IMG/VR virus record: IMGVR_UViG_3300002091_000017
Coordinates: 1 to 32,033 of that record
Strand: one strand, 5' to 3'
From: a virus
Length of the DNA stretch: 32,033 bases
Positions 8,305 to 16,527 of this stretch are shown piece by piece. Numbering within the stretch: position 1 is the first letter of the stretch; every line of letters begins with the position of its first letter. The notes below the pieces were generated by a model. That model was not told where the DNA came from. It searched no databases and saw nothing but the letters and a program-made list of their open reading frames with translations. The translations under genes and the position numbers were made by a program.

Positions 8305-9332
8305 TGGCGATAACTGTTAAACACACAAAGGTATCAACCATACCTGATGATGCAGATACATCGCTAATTAGACCATCAGATTGGAACGCAGAGCATAGTT
8401 TAGTAGGAACTGTACCAATAGATAATGGTGGAACAGGTGCAAGTACAGCAAATGATGGCTTTAATGCTTTAGCACCTACACAGACAGGAAACTCAGGTAA
8501 GTATCTAACGACTGATGGCTCTAATACGTCTTGGGCTACAAATCCACTAGGAACGGTTACAAGTGTAGGTACAGGCACAGGATTAACTGGTGGCCCAATT
8601 ACTACAAGTGGCACAATATCAATTGACAGCACAGTAGCTACATTAACAGGCACACAAATTCTTACTAACAAAACTATTTCAGGTGCCAGCAATACATTAA
8701 GCAATATTGGTAACGCAAGTCTTACTAATTCAGCTATTACTATTAATGGCACAAGTACAAGTTTAGGTGGTTCAATAAGTGTAGGTACAGTAACAAGCGT
8801 AGCAGCAACAGCAGGCACAGGAATAAGTGTTACTGGTAGCCCAATTACTTCTAATGGCACACTAACAATTACTAATACAGCACCTGATCAGACAGTCGCT
8901 ATTGCAAGTGGTACAGGCATTAGCGTTACTGGTACTTATCCTAACTTTACAGTTACTAATACAAGCCCATCATCAGGTGGTACGGTTACAAGTGTTACAG
9001 GTACAGCACCAGTTGTATCAAGTGGTGGCAATACTCCTGCTATTTCAATGCCAGCAGCTACTACTTCAGTAAGTGGTTATCTTACTAGCACAGACTGGAA
9101 TACATTTAACAACAAATCCAATACAAACGGTACAGTAACGTCAGTAAGTGGAACAGGTACAGTTAATGGCCTAACTCTTACAGGCACAGTAACATCAAGT
9201 GGAAGTTTGACTTTAGGTGGCACATTAGACTTGTCTAGTCCACCTGCTATTGGTGGCACAGCAGCTAATTTAATTACAGGTACTACTATTACAGGTACAA
9301 AGTTTGTCGGTATATCAGGTGGGACATTCTAA
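8304..9332 (+). CDS. Fibre-like repeat protein (Thr/Ser/Gly-rich), possible head or tail fibre
   Basis: N-terminus VKHTKVSTIPDDADTSLIRPSDWNAEHSL, then IDNGGTGASTA, then four or more GTVTSV...G(L/I)(T/S)(G/V)TG.PITT.GT units and a SGYLTSTDWNTFNNK block. These are typical fibre motifs. Confidence 0.75.
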   Translation: MAITVKHTKVSTIPDDADTSLIRPSDWNAEHSLVGTVPIDNGGTGASTANDGFNALAPTQTGNSGKYLTTDGSNTSWATNPLGTVTSVGTGTGLTGGPITTSGTISIDSTVATLTGTQILTNKTISGASNTLSNIGNASLTNSAITINGTSTSLGGSISVGTVTSVAATAGTGISVTGSPITSNGTLTITNTAPDQTVAIASGTGISVTGTYPNFTVTNTSPSSGGTVTSVTGTAPVVSSGGNTPAISMPAATTSVSGYLTSTDWNTFNNKSNTNGTVTSVSGTGTVNGLTLTGTVTSSGSLTLGGTLDLSSPPAIGGTAANLITGTTITGTKFVGISGGTF

Positions 9333-9770
9333 ATGTTTTCGTCAGCTTTCCAGGCTAATGCGTTTCAAAACAATGCGTTTCAGATTCATAACGCTTTTGA
9401 TATGCACGATGGCATTACTAAAGAAGAACTCAAACGCATACGAGAAATACAAAAGAATCTAAGAAAAGCTGAGAATGAACGCAATAGATTAAAGATTGAA
9501 AAGACTAAAGCAAGAAAAGAAGCAATTGCTAATCTAATCAGTCCTAAAAAGATTGCAAAAGTTGTTGAAACTAAAGTAAAATTAATCGAACCGAAGATCG
9601 AAAAAGTCGAATTTGACATTCAATCACTTGAACAACAAAGACTTCAGATTATTCATGCAATAGAAGTACGGCAAGAGCAAGCTAAACTACAAATGTTACT
9701 TGCTATTGAATATGCAAAGAATAAAGCTGAGTTAGATGATGAGGAATCGTTATTAGCACTCTTACTTTAA
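9333..9770 (+). CDS. Coiled-coil protein with N-terminal tandem (N)AFQ motif (145 aa)
   Basis: SAFQANAFQNNAFQIHNAF is followed by a K/E-rich predicted coiled coil. It lies within the structural operon. Confidence 0.7.
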   Translation: MFSSAFQANAFQNNAFQIHNAFDMHDGITKEELKRIREIQKNLRKAENERNRLKIEKTKARKEAIANLISPKKIAKVVETKVKLIEPKIEKVEFDIQSLEQQRLQIIHAIEVRQEQAKLQMLLAIEYAKNKAELDDEESLLALLL

Positions 9771-9868
9771 ATCCACATACTGAATATAAAAAAGCCTATG
9801 AGCATCTTCATGCTGGTCGATTAGAAGCAGGTTTTCGTTTATTTGAGTATCGTTGGCATCCTGAAGTT

Positions 9869-10660
9869 ATGGCTAATCAAGCTATTCCTTATTCTCAACC
9901 ATTAAAAATGCCTGTATGGCGAGGTGAAAGTCTATTTAACAAGACAATTACAGTTATCCAAGAGCAAGGCTTTGGCGATATTATTCAATATGCTAGATTT
10001 TTACCTGCACTTAAAGTATTAGGTGCAAAACGTGTAGTTATTTTACAACATGGCTCACTTCATGAGCTTATAGGTCAGATGGATTGTGTAGACGCACTTA
10101 GTAATATGCCTGAAGAAGGTATAACAACTGAATCTGATTATTGGATAGGTGCTATTTCACTTCCTTATTACATATCATTGGCACAGCCTTATGTTAAAGC
10201 GTTATTCCCACTTACAAAGACTAAGATTGTAGGCTCTGAAGGCTATTTTGATGCTATACCTAGTAACATTCCTAAGAAAATAGGTGTTAATTGGGCAACA
10301 TCTAAAGGCATATTGCACTATGTACGCACAATGAATCCTATTGATATGTTGCATTTTGTAGGCGAAAATGCTTATTCATTAAATCCTGAAGAAGATAAGT
10401 TTTGGCATCCATTACCAGACAATGGATGGAGAACAAATTGGGCTAAAACAGCGTGTCATATTAAGGCGATGAAAGGTGTTGTAACTGTAGACACAGGAAC
10501 GGCACATTTAGCAGGTTCATTAGGCGTAAAATGTATAGTATTAATGCCTAGAGATGAATTTAAGTGTTGGCGATGGAAACATGGTACATGGTACGACTCA
10601 GTAATACCTGTGGACTTTAATGATTATCATAAAATACCTGAATTAATAGCGAGAATGTAA
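9869..10660 (+). CDS. Glycosyltransferase family 9 (heptosyltransferase-like, TPR-GT9 subgroup) homologue; the true start is probably upstream of 9869
   Basis: Signature blocks QEQGFGDIIQYARFLPALKVLGAKRVVI and VTVDTGTAHLAGSLGVKCIVLMP. The conserved FEYRWHPEV block lies in-frame upstream of the first ATG (open frame from 9743). Confidence 0.75.
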   Translation: MANQAIPYSQPLKMPVWRGESLFNKTITVIQEQGFGDIIQYARFLPALKVLGAKRVVILQHGSLHELIGQMDCVDALSNMPEEGITTESDYWIGAISLPYYISLAQPYVKALFPLTKTKIVGSEGYFDAIPSNIPKKIGVNWATSKGILHYVRTMNPIDMLHFVGENAYSLNPEEDKFWHPLPDNGWRTNWAKTACHIKAMKGVVTVDTGTAHLAGSLGVKCIVLMPRDEFKCWRWKHGTWYDSVIPVDFNDYHKIPELIARM

Positions 10661-10983
10661 TGACAGACAAAGAAGTATATTTAAAGCATTGGACACCAAC
10701 TTTAGGTGAAGAAGAAGCTCTCAAATCATGGGAAGCTAAACAAGCAATGACTAAACGTCAAGCACCTATGGTCGCACCAGACATTCAACCATATCAATCA
10801 ATGATAGATGGTTCTTGGATAACATCACGTTCAAAGCATCGTACACATTTAAAAGATCATGGATGTATAGAAATAGGTAACGAGAAGCAAGAAGCACCTA
10901 AAAGTGTAGAAATCAGTAGAAAGTCGCAAGAAGAACGTAAACGCATGATTGGTGAAATCGTGTATTCAAAACTTAGGTATTAA
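10660..10983 (+). CDS. Hypothetical structural-module protein (107 aa)
   Basis: ATGA-coupled to the glycosyltransferase gene. The block PDIQPYQSMIDGSWITSRSKHRTHLKDHGCIEIGNE looks like a conserved phage family of unknown function. Confidence 0.7.
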   Translation: MTDKEVYLKHWTPTLGEEEALKSWEAKQAMTKRQAPMVAPDIQPYQSMIDGSWITSRSKHRTHLKDHGCIEIGNEKQEAPKSVEISRKSQEERKRMIGEIVYSKLRY

Positions 10984-11004
10984 TCCGACAACTTGGAGAA
11001 AAAC

Positions 11005-11967
11005 ATGGCAGATTTAAGAACAGCACTAGAAGAAGCATTTAGTCAAGAGCCACAAGAAGAAGTACAAGCAGAACCCATAATTGAAGAAGTTGAAGAACAT
11101 CAAGAAGAACCCCAAGAAGAAACTCAAGAAGAAGTAGTAGAAGAAGTCAAATTAGCATCAAGACCGACTACTTGGAAGAAAGAATATCTTAATATTTGGG
11201 ATAAGCTAGAAAAGAATGAACCTGTAACTAAAGAAGAATTCACTAAGTTTGCTGAATATGCTAATCAGCGTGAAACAGAGTACAAAAAAGGTGTATCAGC
11301 TTACAAAGGCGAAGTTGATCGTATTAAGCCATTAGAAAATGCTATTGCACCATATAGACAGCATCTACAACAGCAAGGAATTAACGAAATTGCATTGATA
11401 GATAACCTAGTAAAGTCGCATTTTGTATTGGCTCAAGCTCCTTATGAACAAAAAGTGCAAATGTTTAATAGACTAGCACAGGATTATGGCATACAATTAA
11501 ACGGTAATCCTCAACAAACTGATCCTTACATTCAGCAATTGATGAACCAGTTAAATACTGTTAATCAAGAAGTAGGCACAATTAAGAATCGGTATGAACA
11601 GGAAGAACAAAATCGGTTGATGAGTGAAATCAATCGAGTAGCAAGCGATGTGGAGAAGTTTCCACATTTTGAATCGGTTAGAGAAGACATGGCTCAACTA
11701 CTTGAACGTGGATTAGCTCATAACCTTGAAACGGCTTATGCAAAAGCTGTGCGTATGAATGATGATGTATGGCAAATTGAGCAAGAACGACTCCTTACTC
11801 AAGCGTCTAAGCAAGCATCTAAGGCACAACAAGTAGCAAAGGCAAAAGCTGCTGGTGTCAGTCCTAGATCAGTTACTCCTAACGGTGTAGGTGGACAAAC
11901 AGAAGCAAAGGATAGACGATCTATTCTTGAGAAAGAATTATCTCAGGCAATGGGTGGTCGAGTTTAA
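11005..11967 (+). CDS. Scaffolding protein
   Basis: Strongly acidic E/Q-rich N-terminus and helical body, directly upstream of the capsid gene. ATG 11005 has GGAG (10995-10998) 6 nt upstream. The ORF track starts at TTG 10993. Confidence 0.7.
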   Translation: MADLRTALEEAFSQEPQEEVQAEPIIEEVEEHQEEPQEETQEEVVEEVKLASRPTTWKKEYLNIWDKLEKNEPVTKEEFTKFAEYANQRETEYKKGVSAYKGEVDRIKPLENAIAPYRQHLQQQGINEIALIDNLVKSHFVLAQAPYEQKVQMFNRLAQDYGIQLNGNPQQTDPYIQQLMNQLNTVNQEVGTIKNRYEQEEQNRLMSEINRVASDVEKFPHFESVREDMAQLLERGLAHNLETAYAKAVRMNDDVWQIEQERLLTQASKQASKAQQVAKAKAAGVSPRSVTPNGVGGQTEAKDRRSILEKELSQAMGGRV

Positions 11968-11990
11968 TCTATTTTTTAAAGGAAAATATC

Positions 11991-12971
11991 ATGGCATTCG
12001 CTAACTCAGCAATAACCGATATCATCGCAACGACTATTCAAAGTCGTAGTGGTGAACTCGCGGATAACCTAACCCAGAACAATGCAATTTTACAGAGGTT
12101 AGAGCAAAAAGGAAATATTAAGCCATTTTCAGGCGGGAATGTGATCCTCCAAGAAATTATGTACAATGACCCAAATACCAACAACGCTAATTCTTATAGT
12201 GGGTACGAGGTATTGAACATTTCCCCGGATAGTCCAATTTCTGCTGCACAGTTCTCTATTACTCAGTACGCAGATAGCGTAACAATGAGTGGTTTAGAAA
12301 TGTTACAGAACAGCTCTAAAGAAGCTATTATCGACTTGTTAGATGGTCGTATGCAAGTTTCTGAAGCTCGCTTGCTTAACCGTATCTCTGGTGACTTGTA
12401 TCTTGATGGTACTGGTAACGGTGGAAAAAATATTACTGGACTGGCCGCAGCAGTCCCGGATAGTGCTGCAACAGGTACTTACGGTGGTATCAATCGTGCT
12501 AACTGGACTTTCTGGAGACCAACTGTAACAACTGGCACGACTGTAACTTATTCAAACATTCAAGGCTTAATGACAACGACAGCTATTCAATTAGTTCGTG
12601 GTACAGATAAAGCTGACTTGATTGTTTGCGATAACAACTTCTATTCATTGTATGTTCAGTCTTTACAAGCTATTCAGCGTATTAATACTGAAGAATCAGG
12701 TGCAGCAGGTTTTGCTTCACTCAAGTTCTACGGTGGTGGTACATCTGCTGACGTGGTATTAGGTGGTGGTTATGGTTCACAAGCTACTTCAAACCACATG
12801 TGGTTCTTGAATACTGATTACATTTTCTTACGCCCACATAAAGAACGTAACTTTGTTCCTATTGGTGGCGAAAGACAAGCGATCAATCAAGACGCAATCG
12901 TCAAATTGTATGGTTGGGCTGGCAATCTTACTTGCTCAAACCAGTTCCTACAAGGTTTGTTAATTAACTAA
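11991..12971 (+). CDS. Major capsid protein
   Basis: It is 326 aa, follows the scaffold gene and has a strong RBS (AAAGGAAAATATCATG). The blocks YADSVTMSGLE ... TGTYGGINRANWTFWRP resemble HK97-fold capsid proteins of podoviruses. Confidence 0.85.
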   Translation: MAFANSAITDIIATTIQSRSGELADNLTQNNAILQRLEQKGNIKPFSGGNVILQEIMYNDPNTNNANSYSGYEVLNISPDSPISAAQFSITQYADSVTMSGLEMLQNSSKEAIIDLLDGRMQVSEARLLNRISGDLYLDGTGNGGKNITGLAAAVPDSAATGTYGGINRANWTFWRPTVTTGTTVTYSNIQGLMTTTAIQLVRGTDKADLIVCDNNFYSLYVQSLQAIQRINTEESGAAGFASLKFYGGGTSADVVLGGGYGSQATSNHMWFLNTDYIFLRPHKERNFVPIGGERQAINQDAIVKLYGWAGNLTCSNQFLQGLLIN

Positions 12972-12997
12972 TTTGTCCATATAGAAAGGAAATTATC

Positions 12998-13294
12998 ATG
13001 GCATATTCAATAACTCCAACGGCTGGTATCGACTTAGTTAATCTAACAAATACCAATACTAACTCTGCTGGTACAGCAATTCCTGTAAACGGCCCACTTG
13101 GATCAGAAGTATTTGGTTCAGATGGTAAGATTTACGTTTTTGCTAAAGCAGGTGGAGCAATCACAGCTTCAACAGCAACTTGTACTGTAAATGCTTCAAC
13201 ATTTGTAGCAACAGGTTCTGCTGGTTCTTATACATCTCCTGCTACTGCTATGGTGTCAGGTGACTACGGATGGTTCTCAAAAGCATCAGTTTAA
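12998..13294 (+). CDS. Small capsid-associated protein (possible decoration protein, 98 aa)
   Basis: Its RBS context is nearly identical to that of the capsid gene (AAAGGAAATTATCATGGCAT). It is followed by the only clear intrinsic terminator in the late operon. Confidence 0.6.
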   Translation: MAYSITPTAGIDLVNLTNTNTNSAGTAIPVNGPLGSEVFGSDGKIYVFAKAGGAITASTATCTVNASTFVATGSAGSYTSPATAMVSGDYGWFSKASV

Positions 13295-13304
13295 TGTAGC
13301 AAAT

Positions 13305-13335
13305 GGGAGTGGTGTAAAAGCCACTCCTTTCTTTT
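13305..13335 (+). terminator. Rho-independent terminator / attenuator after the capsid genes
   Basis: Stem GGAGTGG (13306-13312) / CCACTCC (13321-13327), 8-nt loop, then TTTCTTTT. Confidence 0.7.
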
Positions 13336-13362
13336 AACAACCTAACCACTTAGGAGAATTAA

Positions 13363-13989
13363 ATGGCAATAGAATCAGACATCAATAACGCAGACACACG
13401 ATTAGCTGTCAAGTTTGAAAAGCGTGACGTTCAAGACATGGTCGAAACTTTAAAAGAAAACAGACCAATATTCAAAGAAGTAGTATTTATTAAGATAGCC
13501 GTACCTGGCGATGCACTTACAGAAATTGATAGACCTATGTATGACTCTGATAAAAACAGATTTCCTATACAATGGGCAAGTTATCAAAATCGTCAAGGTC
13601 AAGAACAAAATTATTCAGGTACATCTTTAAAAGAATGGCCTTTAATTACAAGTTCACAAGCTGAAGAACTACGAGGATTAAAGTTTCACACAGTAGAATC
13701 TATAGCAATGGCAACAGATCAAGCAATTCAAAAGATGGGTATGTTAGCAGGTATGAGTCCTTATTCTTTTAGAGAAAAAGCTCAGTCTTTCTTAAAAATG
13801 GCAAAAGAAGGTGCTGATTTAAACGCTAGAGAAGCAGAATTAAACGAATTGCGTCAAGAAAACGCTAAGATTAAGGCTGAAGCTGAAGAAAAGTATCAGA
13901 AACAACAGACTCAAATTGAATCTTTAATGTCTATGGTGACAGAAAAGAAACGAGGAAGAAAGCCAAAAGAAGTTGAAGAAGTAGAATAA
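13363..13989 (+). CDS. Hypothetical structural-module protein (208 aa) with C-terminal coiled coil and basic tail
   Basis: SD AGGAG upstream. The block RFPIQWASYQNRQ...GTSLKEWPLITSSQAEELRGLKFHTVESIA looks like a conserved phage family. The C-terminus is KKRGRKPKE. Confidence 0.7.
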   Translation: MAIESDINNADTRLAVKFEKRDVQDMVETLKENRPIFKEVVFIKIAVPGDALTEIDRPMYDSDKNRFPIQWASYQNRQGQEQNYSGTSLKEWPLITSSQAEELRGLKFHTVESIAMATDQAIQKMGMLAGMSPYSFREKAQSFLKMAKEGADLNAREAELNELRQENAKIKAEAEEKYQKQQTQIESLMSMVTEKKRGRKPKEVEEVE

Positions 13990-14000
13990 GTTGTTATAAT
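13973..14000 (+). promoter_or_regulatory. Candidate sigma70 promoter with extended -10 in front of the tail-gene block
   Basis: TTGAAG (13973-13978), 16-nt spacer, TGtTATAAT (13992-14000). The 12-mer CCGAATACTTGG starts 8 nt further downstream. Confidence 0.45.
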
Positions 14001-14040
14001 TAGTTAAGCCGAATACTTGGCATACATTTAAAGGAAATCT

Positions 14041-14943
14041 ATGTCAAGTACCATGCTTACACTCATGCAAGAAGTCTCAAATGAATTGGGACTTGTTGCA
14101 CCTACTTATGTCGCAGGTAATACTTCTCAAGAAGTTATACAGTTACTAGCATTGATGAATCGTGCAGGTTATAACTTAACTAAAGAGTACGACTGGCGAA
14201 TCTTAGAAAAAGAATACAGATTTTATACACAAGCTATTACAACAACAGGTAATGGCATTAATGGCTCGTATGTTTTAACAAACGTAGCAAATACAACAGG
14301 TTTAGACAATAAATGGCAAGTAACAGGTACTGGTATACCTCAAGATTGTTTTGTTGTATCAGTAAATGGCTCTAGCGTTACATTAAATCAACCATTACAA
14401 GCTACAAACGTAGGTATTTCTCTGACATTTGGTCAAATGAAGTATGACTTGCCTGATGACTACGAAACAATTACTGATAGAACTCAATGGGATAAGACCA
14501 AACATTGGGAAATGTTGGGGCCAGAAGATGCACAGCAATGGCAATGGTTAAAATCAGGTTACATTTCAACAGGCCCAAGAATACGTTGGAGAATATTAGG
14601 AAAGTATTTTCAAATATGGCCAGTAATGAACACACAGGAGTATTTAGGATATGAATACAGATCAAAAGGATGGGTTGAAGCAGCTAATGGCGATGTTAAG
14701 AACTCATTTACAGCAGATACAGACACAAGTTTGTTCGATGACACAATCATGGTTCTCGCGACTAAACTCAAGTTTTTTCAAATTAAGAACTTTGATACAA
14801 CGTCTTTACAACAAGATTACGACAGGTATTTAAGCGTAGCAAAAGCAAACGATAAAGGTAGTGCAACACTCAGCTTTGCTCCTTATCCAAGTAAGGTATT
14901 AATTGGATACGCTAACATTCCTGATACTGGTTACGGCTCATAA
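14041..14943 (+). CDS. Putative head-tail adaptor / tail tubular protein (300 aa)
   Basis: The call rests on position (first gene after the capsid block) and size. No specific motif was recognised. Confidence 0.45.
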   Translation: MSSTMLTLMQEVSNELGLVAPTYVAGNTSQEVIQLLALMNRAGYNLTKEYDWRILEKEYRFYTQAITTTGNGINGSYVLTNVANTTGLDNKWQVTGTGIPQDCFVVSVNGSSVTLNQPLQATNVGISLTFGQMKYDLPDDYETITDRTQWDKTKHWEMLGPEDAQQWQWLKSGYISTGPRIRWRILGKYFQIWPVMNTQEYLGYEYRSKGWVEAANGDVKNSFTADTDTSLFDDTIMVLATKLKFFQIKNFDTTSLQQDYDRYLSVAKANDKGSATLSFAPYPSKVLIGYANIPDTGYGS

Positions 14944-16457
14944 TGCAAAGTCAAAAGTTCTCAGCAAGAACAGCATCTATACCTGCTCCTATTGGTGGTT
15001 GGAACGCAAGAGATTCACTTGCAAATATGGATGCAATGGATGCTGTAACCATGCTTAATTGGTTTCCTACACCTACTGACATTCAATTCCGTAAAGGATA
15101 TTCTAAAAGGACTACAGGTTTTTCAGGTAAAGCTAACTCGTTAATGAATTGGGCTGGGCCATCAAGTCAGATTATGTTTGCAGCAGTAGGTTCAGTTATA
15201 TATAACGTGCAAGGAACTACGGCTACAAGCTCAGTAACAGGCTTAGGAAGCGATAAATGGCAACACGTTAATATCACAACAGGTGGTGGGCATTATCTCG
15301 TTATATGCAACGGTGTAGACTCTGTACGAGTGTTTGATGGTACAACTTGGACAACACCAACGATTACAGGTGTAACTTCATCTAATTTGATTAATGTCAA
15401 TTTATTTAAAAACAGACTGTATTTTACTGAAAAAAACACGTTAAAAGTATGGTATTTACCTGTTAATTCAATCGCTGGTGCTGCTAATGCCTTAGATTTT
15501 GGTGCAATAGCTAGAAATGGTGGCTATTTACAAGCGATGGGTACTTGGACATTAGATGCAGGTCAAGGTGCTGACGATTACGCTGTATTTGCAACAAGCA
15601 TGGGTGAAATTATTGTTTATAACGGTACTGATCCAACAGATCCAGCGACTTGGGCATTAAAAGGCGTATGGCAATTAGGTCAAACATTTAGCCGTAGATG
15701 CTTTTTTAAGTGGTCAGGTGACTTACTTTTATTAACTCAAGATGGATTAGTTCCATTAGCATCAGCTTTACAGTCATCACGACTTGATCCACGAGTAAAC
15801 TTAACAGATAAAATTTACTACGCTGTAAGTTTAGCAGCGACTACATATTCAACATTATTTGGATGGCAAATCACTTACTTTGCTAGTGAAAATATGCTTA
15901 TTCTTAACATTCCTACATCAACAGGAATGGAGCAATATGTCATGCACACGATTACTAAGTCGTGGGCAAGATTTACAGGCTTTGAAGCATATTGCTTTGA
16001 AATACAGAACGACAGGCTTTATTTTGGCTCAAATGGCTATGTAGGTAAGTTCTGGGATACAAATAGTGATAATGGTACAAACATCACAGGTCAAGTGCAA
16101 CAAGCCTATAATTACTTTGAAATGCGTGGTCAGAATAAGCGATTTACATTAGTTAGACCTATTTTATTGACTGATAACGGTGTACCTAGTATCTTAGCGA
16201 ACGTCAGTACAGACTTTCAAGAACAGAACAATTTAGGTGCTGTTCAGTTTAATCCAAGTGCTTATGCAGTAGGACTTTGGGATGCTGCTTTATGGGATCA
16301 AGCAACATGGGGTGGAACATTAACAGTCAATAAAGATTGGCAAGGCGTAACAGGTATAGGTTATTGTGCAGGACTCAATTTAAGCATAGCATCACAGAAT
16401 ATAGAAGTTCATTGGGCATCAACAGATTTTGTTTTTGAACCTGGTGGCATATTGTAG
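14943..16457 (+). CDS. Putative tail tubular / nozzle protein (504 aa)
   Basis: The N-terminal block IPAPIGGWNARDSLANMDAMDAVTMLNWFPTPTDIQFRKGY resembles podovirus tail structural proteins. It is TAATG-coupled to the upstream gene. Confidence 0.5.
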   Translation: MQSQKFSARTASIPAPIGGWNARDSLANMDAMDAVTMLNWFPTPTDIQFRKGYSKRTTGFSGKANSLMNWAGPSSQIMFAAVGSVIYNVQGTTATSSVTGLGSDKWQHVNITTGGGHYLVICNGVDSVRVFDGTTWTTPTITGVTSSNLINVNLFKNRLYFTEKNTLKVWYLPVNSIAGAANALDFGAIARNGGYLQAMGTWTLDAGQGADDYAVFATSMGEIIVYNGTDPTDPATWALKGVWQLGQTFSRRCFFKWSGDLLLLTQDGLVPLASALQSSRLDPRVNLTDKIYYAVSLAATTYSTLFGWQITYFASENMLILNIPTSTGMEQYVMHTITKSWARFTGFEAYCFEIQNDRLYFGSNGYVGKFWDTNSDNGTNITGQVQQAYNYFEMRGQNKRFTLVRPILLTDNGVPSILANVSTDFQEQNNLGAVQFNPSAYAVGLWDAALWDQATWGGTLTVNKDWQGVTGIGYCAGLNLSIASQNIEVHWASTDFVFEPGGIL

Positions 16458-16527
16458 TTTTTTAGTAAAAAATCAAGTAAAATAACGGTATTGACCGAAT
16501 ACTTGGTTTTTCTTTATGGAGAAAGAT

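Noticed and set aside
8264-8860. 198-aa minus-strand ORF antisense to the fibre gene, together with the other antisense track ORFs (266-454, 929-1141, 2344-2625, 3416-3625, 3833-4045, 6278-6730, 7814-8158, 9077-9259, 9386-9619, 14471-14665, 18162-18374, 18385-18681, 18952-19152, 20057-20353, 21973-22233, 23386-23568, 24113-24349, 24791-25045, 25992-26201, 30965-31201, 31213-31398)
   Set aside because: All lie entirely inside longer, motif-supported genes on the opposite strand. They have low-complexity or Leu/Val/Pro-rich translations typical of antisense shadows of biased or repetitive coding sequence, and they lack ribosome-binding sites.
8304-9332. Diversity-generating retroelement (template/variable repeat) acting on the repeat-rich fibre genes
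   Set aside because: No reverse transcriptase gene is present in the genome. There is no near-identical template/variable repeat pair differing at adenines. The repeats are intragenic structural units.
9759-9772. Programmed -1 frameshift fusing the coiled-coil ORF 9333-9770 to the glycosyltransferase frame
   Set aside because: There is no slippery heptamer: the zero-frame codons are CTC TTA CTT TAA, and no X XXY YYZ pattern is present. No obvious downstream stimulatory structure is present either. A non-ATG (ATT 9752) start with its own SD is a simpler explanation.
16458-16472. TTTTTTA-g-TAAAAAA palindrome after the 504-aa gene read as a terminator
   Set aside because: The stem is made only of A-T pairs and the loop is 1 nt, so it is thermodynamically negligible as a hairpin.
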